Positions 23,587 to 32,388 of a stretch of 33,514 bases of DNA are shown one piece after another; the stretch's first letter is position 1; each line of letters opens with the position of its first letter. This DNA is from Candidatus Moraniibacteriota bacterium (GTDB lineage Bacteria; Patescibacteriota; Minisyncoccia; Moranbacterales; GCA-2747515), in the NCBI GenBank assembly GCA_020428995.1, contig JAGQLW010000017.1, forward strand, positions 1-33,514, in the 5' to 3' direction. The notes beneath the pieces were generated by a model. That model was not told the DNA's origin. It ran no database searches and worked only from the letters and a program-made list of their open reading frames with translations. A program made the translations under genes and the position numbers.

Positions 23587-23898
23587 ATGGGGACAGATCT
23601 TGATGAAATTATTGTTGCAGAGAAAGAAGCGCAAAAAATTGTTGATGAGGCACGTGAGAAGGCTCGTTCTTTGACAGAGGGGGTACGTTCTTATTATGAG
23701 CAAGTATCTCAAAAGAATTTGTCTGAGTTGCGCTTGGATCGCGAACGTGTTTTTTCTGAGCAAGATAAAAAATTGTCTGATGAGAAGGAGGCTGTGATTT
23801 CTCAGTGGAACAGTCGACAAAAGGTGATTGTTGACGGTGCAAATAATCGTCGTGCTGACGCGCTTTCTGCGTCAATGCGTGTTTTTTTTAATGAATAG
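23587..23898 (+). CDS. V/A-type ATPase small coiled-coil peripheral-stalk subunit (G/H-like)
   Basis: 103 aa, highly charged and helical (IIVAEKEAQKIVDEAREKARSL...). It lies immediately upstream of subunit I, as ahaH/atpG does in A/V operons. The start is set at ATG 23587. Confidence 0.5.
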   Translation: MGTDLDEIIVAEKEAQKIVDEAREKARSLTEGVRSYYEQVSQKNLSELRLDRERVFSEQDKKLSDEKEAVISQWNSRQKVIVDGANNRRADALSASMRVFFNE

Positions 23899-23916
23899 TT
23901 TTGATTTTGTTGCCCT

Positions 23917-25875
23917 ATGATGCTGGACATGCAAAAAATTCGTCTTCTTGTACACCACGATGCTTCTTTGCGAGTGATGTCTGTTGTGCAGAAATTGGGT
24001 TTTGTTGAATTGACTCGTGTTGACAACAAGGAACTTTCTCGTCGACAGAAGAGTGATTTTGATTTGAATCATGAAAGTGCATTATTAGATTTTGCTGTTG
24101 CATTTCTCACTCCTTTTTTTCAGCCATCTGACAAGGTGCAGTACATGCTTACTGGTGGACGATTTATTACGACACACAAAAATATTTCTCAATTATGGGA
24201 GAAGTTTGATTACTCATCTGTTTTGTCTTCGGTTGAGAAATTGCAATCTTCTTTTTACAAAAACAGTGCAAGTCAAAAAGATGTGGAGGCGAAAAGGAAA
24301 CAACTTTTGCCATGGGTTGGGTATCCTGGTTTGCTTGATGTTCCTCGTCAGACGCGACTGACACGCACTGTTTTTTTGCTTGCTTCTTCAGCACGATCTG
24401 TTTCTGGCAATCAGGATTTTGCAAAAATGTTGCTCCAGATTCTTTCTTCTTCTGGATGTGTGTTTCATTTTGTTCGTGTGAGCCCTAGTGCTGTTGTTGT
24501 GACGTTTCTGTCTGGTGACGCGTCTGTTTTTGAAAAGTTTTTTTCTGATTCTGTTTTTGATATTGTCGACCTTCCTGTTGTTTCATCTTCTGTTTCAGAG
24601 GCTCTTTTGTCTTGTGACCGTGATTTGCAACAATTGATTCGTGAAAGGTCTTCTCTTGAAAAAGAGGTTCGCTTGTTGGCGCGCAATCTTCCACAACTAC
24701 AAGCACTTAGTGACGACGTATACTGGAAGAAGTCTTGTCACAATGTTATATCGGGATCGTGGGCAACACATTCGGTTGATGTCTTTGAAGGGTGGATTCC
24801 TGTGTCTGCGCGTGATGCTTTTGTAAAGGCTTTGAAGCGTGTAACGCCGTATTTTTCTTTGGAGAATATCGCTCCAGATGATGAAGAGCAACCCCCTGTT
24901 GAGATTGTGAATACAAAAGCGGTTTTGCCTTTTGAGTCGGTGACTCGTTTGTATGGTTTGCCTGGAAGTAAGGATTTGGATCCCACTCCGTATCTTGTCG
25001 GTTTTTTTCTCATTTTTTTTGGTTTGTGTTTGACTGATGTGATCTATGGTATCGTACTCAGTACCATTACTGGGTATGTTTTGTGGAGGTACACTGTTTC
25101 AAAGGAAACGAAAGCGTTGTTATCAGTTGTGTTTCTGGGAGGTATTGCGTCGTTTTTCATTGGTCTATTTTTTGGTGGTTATGCTGGAATTGATATGGCT
25201 TCTATGCCGTCATCTTTACAATTTCTCCAATTGTTTGATCCTGTAAAGGATCCAATAGCTGTTTTTCTGCTAGCACTCAGTTTTGGTGTTGTGCATATTT
25301 TGACTGGATTGGTTTTGGGTATTATGCGTCAGGCACAACAAGGTCTTCTTGTGGATGGTCTTTTGTCTCATGGCTCATGGATTGTTGTTCTTCTTTCATT
25401 GGTTTATTTTGCTTTGGAGCAGGCAGGTATTTTTGGTTTAGCTATTGGTGGATCGTTGGTGATTGGAGCGTTTGTTTTTTTAGTGTTGGCTCAGGGACAT
25501 CGAGAGAAGACTGTTGTTAAAAAAGTACTTACTGGTTTGGTGAGTCTGTATGATAGTGTGGGGTATTTTTCAGATTTGCTGTCGTATTCTCGTCTAATGG
25601 CGCTTGGACTAGCAACGAGTGCATTGGCGTTTGCGATGAATTTGGTTGCCGAATTGGTGTCTGGTGTTCCGTATGTTGGAAACGTAATTGCTGTCTTAGT
25701 GTTGATTGTTGGGCATACGTTTAATATTGCATTGAATACTCTTGGAGCGTTTATTCATAGCGCGCGGTTGCAGTTTGTGGAGTTTTTCGGCAAATTTATT
25801 ATTGATAGTGGGCGTGTTTTTGCCCCTTTTCATCGAGAGGAGCGTCATGTGATTATTCGTGATGATGTTTCTTAG
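23917..25875 (+). CDS. atpI: V/A-type ATPase subunit I (a-subunit, stator/proton channel)
   Basis: 652 aa. It has a soluble N-terminal half and a polytopic C-terminal half with the conserved Arg context LLSYSRLMALGLA. Confidence 0.85.
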   Translation: MMLDMQKIRLLVHHDASLRVMSVVQKLGFVELTRVDNKELSRRQKSDFDLNHESALLDFAVAFLTPFFQPSDKVQYMLTGGRFITTHKNISQLWEKFDYSSVLSSVEKLQSSFYKNSASQKDVEAKRKQLLPWVGYPGLLDVPRQTRLTRTVFLLASSARSVSGNQDFAKMLLQILSSSGCVFHFVRVSPSAVVVTFLSGDASVFEKFFSDSVFDIVDLPVVSSSVSEALLSCDRDLQQLIRERSSLEKEVRLLARNLPQLQALSDDVYWKKSCHNVISGSWATHSVDVFEGWIPVSARDAFVKALKRVTPYFSLENIAPDDEEQPPVEIVNTKAVLPFESVTRLYGLPGSKDLDPTPYLVGFFLIFFGLCLTDVIYGIVLSTITGYVLWRYTVSKETKALLSVVFLGGIASFFIGLFFGGYAGIDMASMPSSLQFLQLFDPVKDPIAVFLLALSFGVVHILTGLVLGIMRQAQQGLLVDGLLSHGSWIVVLLSLVYFALEQAGIFGLAIGGSLVIGAFVFLVLAQGHREKTVVKKVLTGLVSLYDSVGYFSDLLSYSRLMALGLATSALAFAMNLVAELVSGVPYVGNVIAVLVLIVGHTFNIALNTLGAFIHSARLQFVEFFGKFIIDSGRVFAPFHREERHVIIRDDVS

Positions 25876-26117
25876 GGTTGTGTTTTGGTGTTTTTTTATC
25901 TTTCTTTTGAGTCGGGAAAGGTGCGAAAACATTGAAGCGGAACAATGTTTCTGACGCTTCTCGTTTATTGATTTAAATAATGTGTAATTAAGTAATTGTT
26001 TGCGGGTATGTGCATTTTGTATGACTTGAGAGATGCTGGTAAAAATTTTTTATTTTTTACCTATTTATTTATCTTATTGAGTTGTATCTCTAATGAACAT
26101 ATTTCGTATATTATGTT

Positions 26118-26600
26118 ATGACGGATGTATTTACGGTAGGTCTTGTGTTTGCGGGTGCTGGCATTGCAGCGTCTATGACGTTTGTAGGTAGTGCAATTGG
26201 TATGGGTATTGCTGGTCAGGCTGGTGCTGGTGTTGCGTCTGAGAAGCCACAACTGTTTGGTAAAATCCTTGTCCTTCAGGTGCTTCCTGGTTCTCAGGGG
26301 ATTTATGGTCTTGTTGTTGCTGTGTTGATTCTGGTCACTGCCGGTGTGATTGGTGGTGGGGAGGGAACTTCTGTCTTGACTTTGTCTCAAGGATTTCAGT
26401 ATTTTCTTTCTGGGTTTCCTATTGGTTTTGCAGGATTGGTTTCTGCGAAACTTCAGGGAATGGTTTCTGCCGCAGGTATTGCCATGATTGCTAAAGATGA
26501 GTCGCTTGCAGGTCGCGCAACAACACTTGCTGTTATGGTTGAGACGTGGGCGTTGTTTGGTCTTTTGGTGAGTGTGTTGTTGGTACTTTTTGCTGCGTAA
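26118..26600 (+). CDS. atpK: V/A-type ATPase subunit K (duplicated 4-TM proteolipid c-subunit)
   Basis: 160 aa with four hydrophobic helices and Gly-rich TM1 and TM3. The LPGSQGIYG (TM2), SAKLQG (TM3) and MVETWALFG (TM4) motifs are present. The only membrane carboxylate is Glu142. Confidence 0.88.
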   Translation: MTDVFTVGLVFAGAGIAASMTFVGSAIGMGIAGQAGAGVASEKPQLFGKILVLQVLPGSQGIYGLVVAVLILVTAGVIGGGEGTSVLTLSQGFQYFLSGFPIGFAGLVSAKLQGMVSAAGIAMIAKDESLAGRATTLAVMVETWALFGLLVSVLLVLFAA

Positions 26601-26622
26601 TTTTCTGTTTCGTAGAAAGCAG

Positions 26623-26744
26623 CAGGACTTACGTGTTTGGCACATTTCTGTGTTAAAATCTCGAAAAATCGACGCAATATTGTATATATTCCTTACGATT
26701 TTTCTCAATTTTGCCTTGAACTGTACTCAAACACGTAAGTCCTG
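26623..26744 (+). repeat. R-element copy R11 (between atpK and atpE)
   Basis: A perfect 17-bp outer helix joins CAGGACTTACGTGTTTG (26623-26639) and CAAACACGTAAGTCCTG (26728-26744). Inner pairings are ACATTTC/GAACTGT and GAAAAATCG/CGATTTTTC, and the apical hairpin is AATAT/ATATT. Confidence 0.9.
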
Positions 26745-26804
26745 AAACCTGAAGGATGTGTGTTGGACACAAGTCTTAATTTTCTGTTTTGTTAATGTTA
26801 ATTT

Positions 26805-27374
26805 ATGGCTCTTAAGGATATTACTGAAAAAATTCTTTCTGATGCTCGTTTGGAAGCTCAAAAGATTGTTGATTCCTCAACGGTTTTTGTTGAAGAGGAA
26901 CATAAGCGTGTTGATGCGCGTGTGTCTGTTGAGGAGAGTGATTATCGATCTGAGACAGAGCATATGTTGGCAGACCGTCGCACGGTTTTTTTTTCTCGCT
27001 TACAACAAGAACTTCAGTTGGATTTGCAGACAAAAAAGCGGGCAATTGTTGAGGGTGTTTTTGCAGATTTGCGCTCCTCACTTTTGGAAAAGGCATCGTC
27101 AGATTATGCTTTGTGGTGTCGTTCTTGTTTGCGTTCTTACGATGGTGAAAATAGTGTGAGCATGGTTGTTCCGGTTGGCATGTCTGCTGTTGCTCGGGAT
27201 GTTGTTAAAGAACTCGGTAAAAATTTTTCTGTTGTTGAACGCAACGATGTTGTGACTGGATTTGTTCTTGAGGGGGAGAATTTTGTTGGGGATTTTTCTG
27301 TTGAGCGTTTGCTGGATGAGCGTCGCAAAGAAGTGGAGGTTGTTGTTGCTGGTGTTTTGTTTGAGAATGATTAG
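26805..27374 (+). CDS. atpE: V/A-type ATPase subunit E (peripheral stalk)
   Basis: 189 aa. It has an N-terminal long helix (ITEKILSDARLEAQKIVD) and a globular C-terminus. Its operon position is after K. Confidence 0.75.
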   Translation: MALKDITEKILSDARLEAQKIVDSSTVFVEEEHKRVDARVSVEESDYRSETEHMLADRRTVFFSRLQQELQLDLQTKKRAIVEGVFADLRSSLLEKASSDYALWCRSCLRSYDGENSVSMVVPVGMSAVARDVVKELGKNFSVVERNDVVTGFVLEGENFVGDFSVERLLDERRKEVEVVVAGVLFEND

Positions 27375-27403
27375 TAAATTATGTTTCTCTTGTTGCTGTT
27401 ATT

Positions 27404-28393
27404 ATGACAACTGAGTTTGACTTACAATATACGTATTCTGCTAGTCGTGCGAAGGCTCTTGAGTCTGAGCTTTTGAATGAGAACCAACTCGAACGTTTGG
27501 TTGGTGCAAAGGACATGTCAGAAATTACTATGGTACTTCAGGATACTTTTCTGTCTGATTTATTGCCGTCTGGTGGTGCATCTGTTTTTGATCTCTCACA
27601 TCTTTTGCGTAAGAGTTTGTCTCGTGCAAAGCAAACGATTTCTTCTATTGCTCCTGATCCTGCAATCTTGGATGTCTTGTGGTTGCGATATGATTATTAT
27701 AATCTCAAGACGATTGTGAAGGGGAGAAGGGCAGGTCTTTCAGACGAGGAAATTATTGAACGATGTTTTTTTGCTGCAAAGTATGATCCGCGAGTTCTTT
27801 TAGATTATGCATCTACTGGTCGTTTGGGGAATTTGCACAAAGAAATGTCTGTAGCGTATGAGAAGGCATTAGAGTCTTTGACGGTTTATGGTATTGATGT
27901 TTTGATGAATCGTGGTTACTTTATTCATGTTCGCAAGTGTGCTGTTGTCATTGATAATGAATTTGTGAGTGACTATGTTGCTTTTTTGACGGATTTCTTC
28001 AATCTTCAAGCACAACTTCGTCTTGTTACTTTGCGTCACTTAACTGTTCCGGAAGCATTCATCCAGGGTGGTCGGTTTACTCCTTCTGATCTTGATTCGG
28101 TTGAGAAGATTTATGCGGCTTTTGAGACGTTTGGTGATGCATTTTTGTGGACTGAGGCGATTGCACGTCATCGTGATCGTGGGGAATACCTTTTGCTTCA
28201 GAAGGTTATGGATGATTATGAGTTGAAGTTTGTTCAGGAGCATGGTCGTAGTATTTTTTCTTTTGTTCCATTGTTTGCTTTTTTCATTGCGCGTCGGAAT
28301 AATCTTCAGATCGTTCGTACTATTGTGACAGCAAAGCAGGCTGGTATGGATGAACGGGATTTGCGTGTCATGTTACGTCGTCTTTATGCATAA
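27404..28393 (+). CDS. atpC: V/A-type ATPase subunit C (d-subunit, central socket)
   Basis: 329 aa and all-helical. It begins ..YTYSASRAKALESELL, typical of AtpC. Its operon position is between E and F. Confidence 0.75.
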   Translation: MTTEFDLQYTYSASRAKALESELLNENQLERLVGAKDMSEITMVLQDTFLSDLLPSGGASVFDLSHLLRKSLSRAKQTISSIAPDPAILDVLWLRYDYYNLKTIVKGRRAGLSDEEIIERCFFAAKYDPRVLLDYASTGRLGNLHKEMSVAYEKALESLTVYGIDVLMNRGYFIHVRKCAVVIDNEFVSDYVAFLTDFFNLQAQLRLVTLRHLTVPEAFIQGGRFTPSDLDSVEKIYAAFETFGDAFLWTEAIARHRDRGEYLLLQKVMDDYELKFVQEHGRSIFSFVPLFAFFIARRNNLQIVRTIVTAKQAGMDERDLRVMLRRLYA

Positions 28394-28410
28394 AACCGTA
28401 AAAATATTTT

Positions 28411-28758
28411 ATGTCTAATCGTGTTGCTATTATTGGTCCTCAAGATGTTGTGTCGGGTTTTTCTGCTGTTGGTGTGATTGCGTTTGTTGCTAACACCAGT
28501 GCTGATGTGATGCGTCTGTTGGAGGAATTTTCTCGTTCATTTGAGTCTTCCTTGGATTCAGAGATCGACCGTTACCCCGTTGTGATTGTTATGGAGGAGT
28601 TGCTTAAGGATATTCCTCAGGATGAGTATGCTCGTGTTACGCGACATGTCTTGCCAGCTGTGGTTGCCTTACCGGGTTTGTCTGGTTCATCTGGATATAC
28701 GTCGGAACGACTTCGAGCATTGGCTCAGAGGGCTGTTGGTATTGACATTTTCTCCTAG
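28411..28758 (+). CDS. atpF: V/A-type ATPase subunit F
   Basis: 115 aa with the N-terminal motif VAIIGPQDVVSGFSAVGV. It lies immediately upstream of A. Confidence 0.8.
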   Translation: MSNRVAIIGPQDVVSGFSAVGVIAFVANTSADVMRLLEEFSRSFESSLDSEIDRYPVVIVMEELLKDIPQDEYARVTRHVLPAVVALPGLSGSSGYTSERLRALAQRAVGIDIFS

Positions 28759-28760
28759 TG

Positions 28761-28884
28761 TCAGGAATAACGTGTTTGGCGCATTTCTTTGTTAAGAGCT
28801 GTGGTGCTCGACATCGTATATAACATACAGTTTACTTCGCTCCTCGCTCTTGCCTCGAACTGCACTCAAACACGTTATTTCTGA
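28761..28884 (+). repeat. R-element copy R12 (between atpF and atpA)
   Basis: It starts 3 nt after the atpF stop. Outer helix TCAGGAATAACGTGTTTG (28761-28778) pairs with CAAACACGTTATTTCTGA (28867-28884) with one G.T. Inner helices are GCATTTC/GAACTGC and AAGAGC/GCTCTT. Confidence 0.88.
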
Positions 28885-28963
28885 AAGTATTTAGATTTTA
28901 TATGTTTTGCTGATGATGTCTTTTTGACTTATTTATAATTACTTATTTTTTTGGATTTCTCTT

Positions 28964-30739
28964 ATGGATACGAATGTACAAATAGGCACAATTGTACGTG
29001 TCACAGGACCTCTGGTTAAGGCATCTGGTATGCATAATGCAAAGATGTATGAGCTTGTTAAAGTCTCAAGCGAAAAATTGCTTGGTGAAATTGTTGAACT
29101 TAATGGAGATATTGCTTCCATTCAGGTTTATGAAGATACTGCTGGTGTGCGTCCAGGAGATATTGTTGAACGAACAGGTGAGACGATGAGTGCTGAGTTA
29201 GGACCCGGTCTTTTGGAATCTTTTTATGATGGTGTTCAGCGTCCACTTAAGGTCATTCAGGAAAAATCAGATAGTTATTTTATTGCACGTGGTATTGAAG
29301 CGCCTGGTTTGGACCGGGAACGAAAGTGGGATTTTGTCTCCCGCGCGAAAGAAGGTGATGTTGTTTCCGGAGGGGATGTTTTGGGTGTTGTTCAGGAGAC
29401 AACATTGATTGAACATCGTGTCATGGTTCCTCCATATGTGTCTGGTCGGGTTGGGAAAATTTCTTCTGGATCATTTACTGTTTTGGATATTGTCGCTGAG
29501 ATTGTTTCTGAAGATGGTCAGACACATAAAATTTCTTTGATGCAACGTTGGCCGATCCGACGTCCGCGACCTTCACAGGGAAAACAATTTCCCAAGACGC
29601 CACTTGTTACGGGTATGCGTATTCTTGATACTTTGTTTCCTGTTGCCAAGGGAGGTGCAGCAGCAATTCCTGGTGCTTTTGGTACAGGGAAATCAGTGAC
29701 TCAGCAATCTTTGGCAAAATACTGTGATGCACAGGTTATTGTCTATATTGGCTGTGGTGAACGTGGTAATGAAATGACAGAAGCTGTGACGGAATTTCCT
29801 GAGTTGATTGATCCAAACTCTGGGGAACCTCTTATGAAGCGCACAATTTTGATTGCAAATACGTCGAACATGCCTGTTGCTGCTCGTGAAGCATCTGTGT
29901 ACACAGGAATTACAATCGCTGAATATTATCGTGACATGGGATATAGTGTCGCATTGATGGCTGACTCGACATCTCGTTGGGCAGAAGCAATGCGTGAAAT
30001 GTCTGGTCGACTTGAAGAAATGCCAGGCGAGGAAGGTTACCCTGCGTATTTGGCCTCGCGTACGGCTGAGTTTTATGAACGTGCTGGTGTTGTGACATGT
30101 TTGGGTGCTGACAAGCGTTCAGGTGCTTTGACTGTTGTTGGTGCTGTGTCTCCTGCTGGTGGAGATCTTTCCGAGCCAGTTTCACAGGCAACACTTCGTG
30201 TGACAAAAGTGTTTTGGGGGCTTGATGCTTCGCTTGCGTATAAGAAACACTTCCCATCGATTAACTGGCTTACTTCGTATTCTTTGTATACAGATAACTT
30301 TGGTGAATATTGGGCAAATAAGATTGCTGAGGATTTTTCTTTATTGCGTACATTGGCCATGGATTTGCTTCAGCAGGAAGCCAAGTTGTTGGAAATTGTG
30401 CGTCTTGTTGGGCAAGAGGCGTTGTCAAACTCAGAGAAGCTTGTCTTGGAAGTGTCCCGCATGCTTCGAGAAGACTTTTTGTTTCAGAATGCTTTTGATC
30501 CAGGAGATGCTTACACTTCTCCACAGAAGCAGTATGGTATTTTGAAATCAATCTTGACGATTTATCTTTCTGGAAAGGATGTTGTTTCTTCTGAGGATTT
30601 TGATTTTTTACAGCTTCGAAGTTTGTCTTGTGTAAAAGATGTTTCAACGCTTAAGACTTTTTCTGGGGATGATCTTGATGGACAATATGATGAGTATCAA
30701 AAACGAGCTGTGAAAGAATTGTCTGGACTTGCTCACTAG
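28964..30739 (+). CDS. atpA: V/A-type ATPase catalytic subunit A
   Basis: 591 aa. It carries the Walker A motif GAFGTGKSV, the A-subunit-specific non-homologous insertion after the N-terminal barrel, and GERGNEM and SRWAEA motifs. Confidence 0.95.
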   Translation: MDTNVQIGTIVRVTGPLVKASGMHNAKMYELVKVSSEKLLGEIVELNGDIASIQVYEDTAGVRPGDIVERTGETMSAELGPGLLESFYDGVQRPLKVIQEKSDSYFIARGIEAPGLDRERKWDFVSRAKEGDVVSGGDVLGVVQETTLIEHRVMVPPYVSGRVGKISSGSFTVLDIVAEIVSEDGQTHKISLMQRWPIRRPRPSQGKQFPKTPLVTGMRILDTLFPVAKGGAAAIPGAFGTGKSVTQQSLAKYCDAQVIVYIGCGERGNEMTEAVTEFPELIDPNSGEPLMKRTILIANTSNMPVAAREASVYTGITIAEYYRDMGYSVALMADSTSRWAEAMREMSGRLEEMPGEEGYPAYLASRTAEFYERAGVVTCLGADKRSGALTVVGAVSPAGGDLSEPVSQATLRVTKVFWGLDASLAYKKHFPSINWLTSYSLYTDNFGEYWANKIAEDFSLLRTLAMDLLQQEAKLLEIVRLVGQEALSNSEKLVLEVSRMLREDFLFQNAFDPGDAYTSPQKQYGILKSILTIYLSGKDVVSSEDFDFLQLRSLSCVKDVSTLKTFSGDDLDGQYDEYQKRAVKELSGLAH

Positions 30740-30837
30740 ATCTTAATTGTTAATGAAATTATAAATTGTAGCAGATCATTTGTGTTTTCCTTGTGTTTTC
30801 CTTGGTTGTGCAAATGGTGTCTTGCGTATCATATTTT

Positions 30838-32217
30838 ATGAAAGAGTATAAAACAGTACAATCAATTTCCGGCCCCCTTGTTGTTGTGGAGGGTGTTTCT
30901 GGTGTTGCTTATGATGAACTTGTTGAGGTTTTGGTTCCTGGTGAAAAGGCGCCACGACTTGGGAAGGTTCTTGATGTGTCGTCTGATCGTGCTGTTGTGC
31001 AGATGTTTGAACCAACATCTGGCACACAGACAGCTGATACGCGCGCACGTTTTACAGGTCAAGCGCTTAAGATCGGTGTTTCTACGGATTTGTTGGGGCG
31101 TATTTTTAATGGTAAGGGGGATCCAATTGATAATGGTCCTGCTATTATTCCTGAGAAACATCTTGATATTAGTGGCGCACCAATTAATCCATGGAGTCGT
31201 CAGTATCCGAATGATTTTATTCAAACGGGTGTTTCATCATTAGATGTCATGAACACGCTTGTGCGTGGTCAGAAGTTGCCAATTTTTTCTGGTGCAGGAT
31301 TGCCTCACTTAAAACTGATGGCGCAAATTGCGCGACAGGCGAAGGTAGCTAGTCAGTCTGGTGATGAATCTGGTTTCGCTATTGTTCTTGCCACACTTGG
31401 ATTGCCGTTTGAAGAAGCAGAATATTTGCGTCATTCACTTGAAGAGTCTGGTGCTTTGGAGCGGGCAGTGGTTTTTTTGAACACAGCTGCTGATCCTGTT
31501 GTTGAGCGTATTGCTACACCGCGTATGGCGTTGACCGTCGCGGAGTATCTTGCGTTTGAAAAGGGAAAACACGTTTTGGTTATCCTTGGTGACATGACAA
31601 ACTATTGTGAGGCTCTTCGTGAAGTCTCTGGTGCTCGTAAAGAAGTTCCTGGTCGTCGTGGTTTTCCAGGGTATATGTATACTGACCTTTCGACAATTTA
31701 TGAACGAGCAGGGCGGTTGAAAGGGTGTGAGGGAACGATTACGCAAATTCCGATTCTTACCATGCCCGATGATGACAAGACTCATCCAGTTCCAGATCTT
31801 ACGGGGTATATTACTGAAGGGCAGTTTATTATTTCTCGTGAGTTGTTCAAAAAAGGCGTGACGCCACCGGTTGACGTGCAGGGTTCGTTGTCGCGTCTTG
31901 CGGGTTCTGTTCAGGGGAAGCGTACTAGAGAAGACCATGCGCAAGTGAAAGATCAGTTGTTTGCGTCATATGCTTTGGGGCGTGATGCACGTGAGTTGGC
32001 TGTTGTGTTGGGTGAATCTTCTTTGGATGAAGTTGATTTGGCACACATTGCGTTTTCTGATGCGTTTGAGCGAGAATTTATTTCGCAAGATGAGTCAGTG
32101 GATCGATCATTGGAAGAATCTTTGGATTTGGGGTGGAAGCTTTTGGCGATGTTGCCACAGTCTGCTCTTAAGCGCGTGAAAGCTGAAATGATTGAGAAGT
32201 ATCTTCCTAAGAAGTAG
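30838..32217 (+). CDS. atpB: V/A-type ATPase non-catalytic subunit B
   Basis: It begins [19 protein letters not shown] and carries [24 protein letters not shown]. The start is set at ATG 30838, because the track ORF begins at an upstream GTG. Confidence 0.93.
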   Translation: MKEYKTVQSISGPLVVVEGVSGVAYDELVEVLVPGEKAPRLGKVLDVSSDRAVVQMFEPTSGTQTADTRARFTGQALKIGVSTDLLGRIFNGKGDPIDNGPAIIPEKHLDISGAPINPWSRQYPNDFIQTGVSSLDVMNTLVRGQKLPIFSGAGLPHLKLMAQIARQAKVASQSGDESGFAIVLATLGLPFEEAEYLRHSLEESGALERAVVFLNTAADPVVERIATPRMALTVAEYLAFEKGKHVLVILGDMTNYCEALREVSGARKEVPGRRGFPGYMYTDLSTIYERAGRLKGCEGTITQIPILTMPDDDKTHPVPDLTGYITEGQFIISRELFKKGVTPPVDVQGSLSRLAGSVQGKRTREDHAQVKDQLFASYALGRDARELAVVLGESSLDEVDLAHIAFSDAFEREFISQDESVDRSLEESLDLGWKLLAMLPQSALKRVKAEMIEKYLPKK

Positions 32218-32220
32218 CTG

Positions 32221-32345
32221 TCAGAACTGACGTTTTTGGTAAACTTCTTTGTCGAACGCTCCAGTGCTCACCGGTGTATGTTTGCATACACCTTGTTGCG
32301 CCCTTCGTGTTCTTCTCGAATTTTATCCAAACACATCAGTTTTGA
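32221..32345 (+). repeat. R-element copy R13 (between atpB and atpD)
   Basis: It starts 4 nt after the atpB stop. Outer arms are TCAGAACTGACGTTTTTGG (32221-32239) and CCAAACACATCAGTTTTGA (32327-32345). Inner helix is GAACGC/GTGTTC and the apical hairpin is GGTGTATG/CATACACC. Confidence 0.85.
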
Positions 32346-32388
32346 AATTGTTTGATCTCATTTTGTTTTATTAATTATTTTTTGTGAT

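Noticed and set aside
269-32345. R-elements as integron attC sites. They are imperfect palindromes placed just after stop codons, with variable interiors and short conserved ends.
   Set aside because: The flanking genes are core housekeeping genes and internal genes of the ATPase operon, not cassettes. There is no intI and no cassette array. The end motifs (GTTTGG... / ...TCAAAC) do not fit RYYYAAC...GTTRRRY, and the GTT-containing end is on the wrong side relative to the upstream ORF.
269-32345. R-elements as a CRISPR array or as plain rho-independent terminators.
   Set aside because: Spacing is irregular (hundreds to thousands of nt, with genes between copies) and the units are about 120 nt, so this is not a CRISPR array. 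None has the T-tract found after the genuine terminators at 8543, 14076 and 33035, and three lie inside an operon, so they are not canonical terminators.
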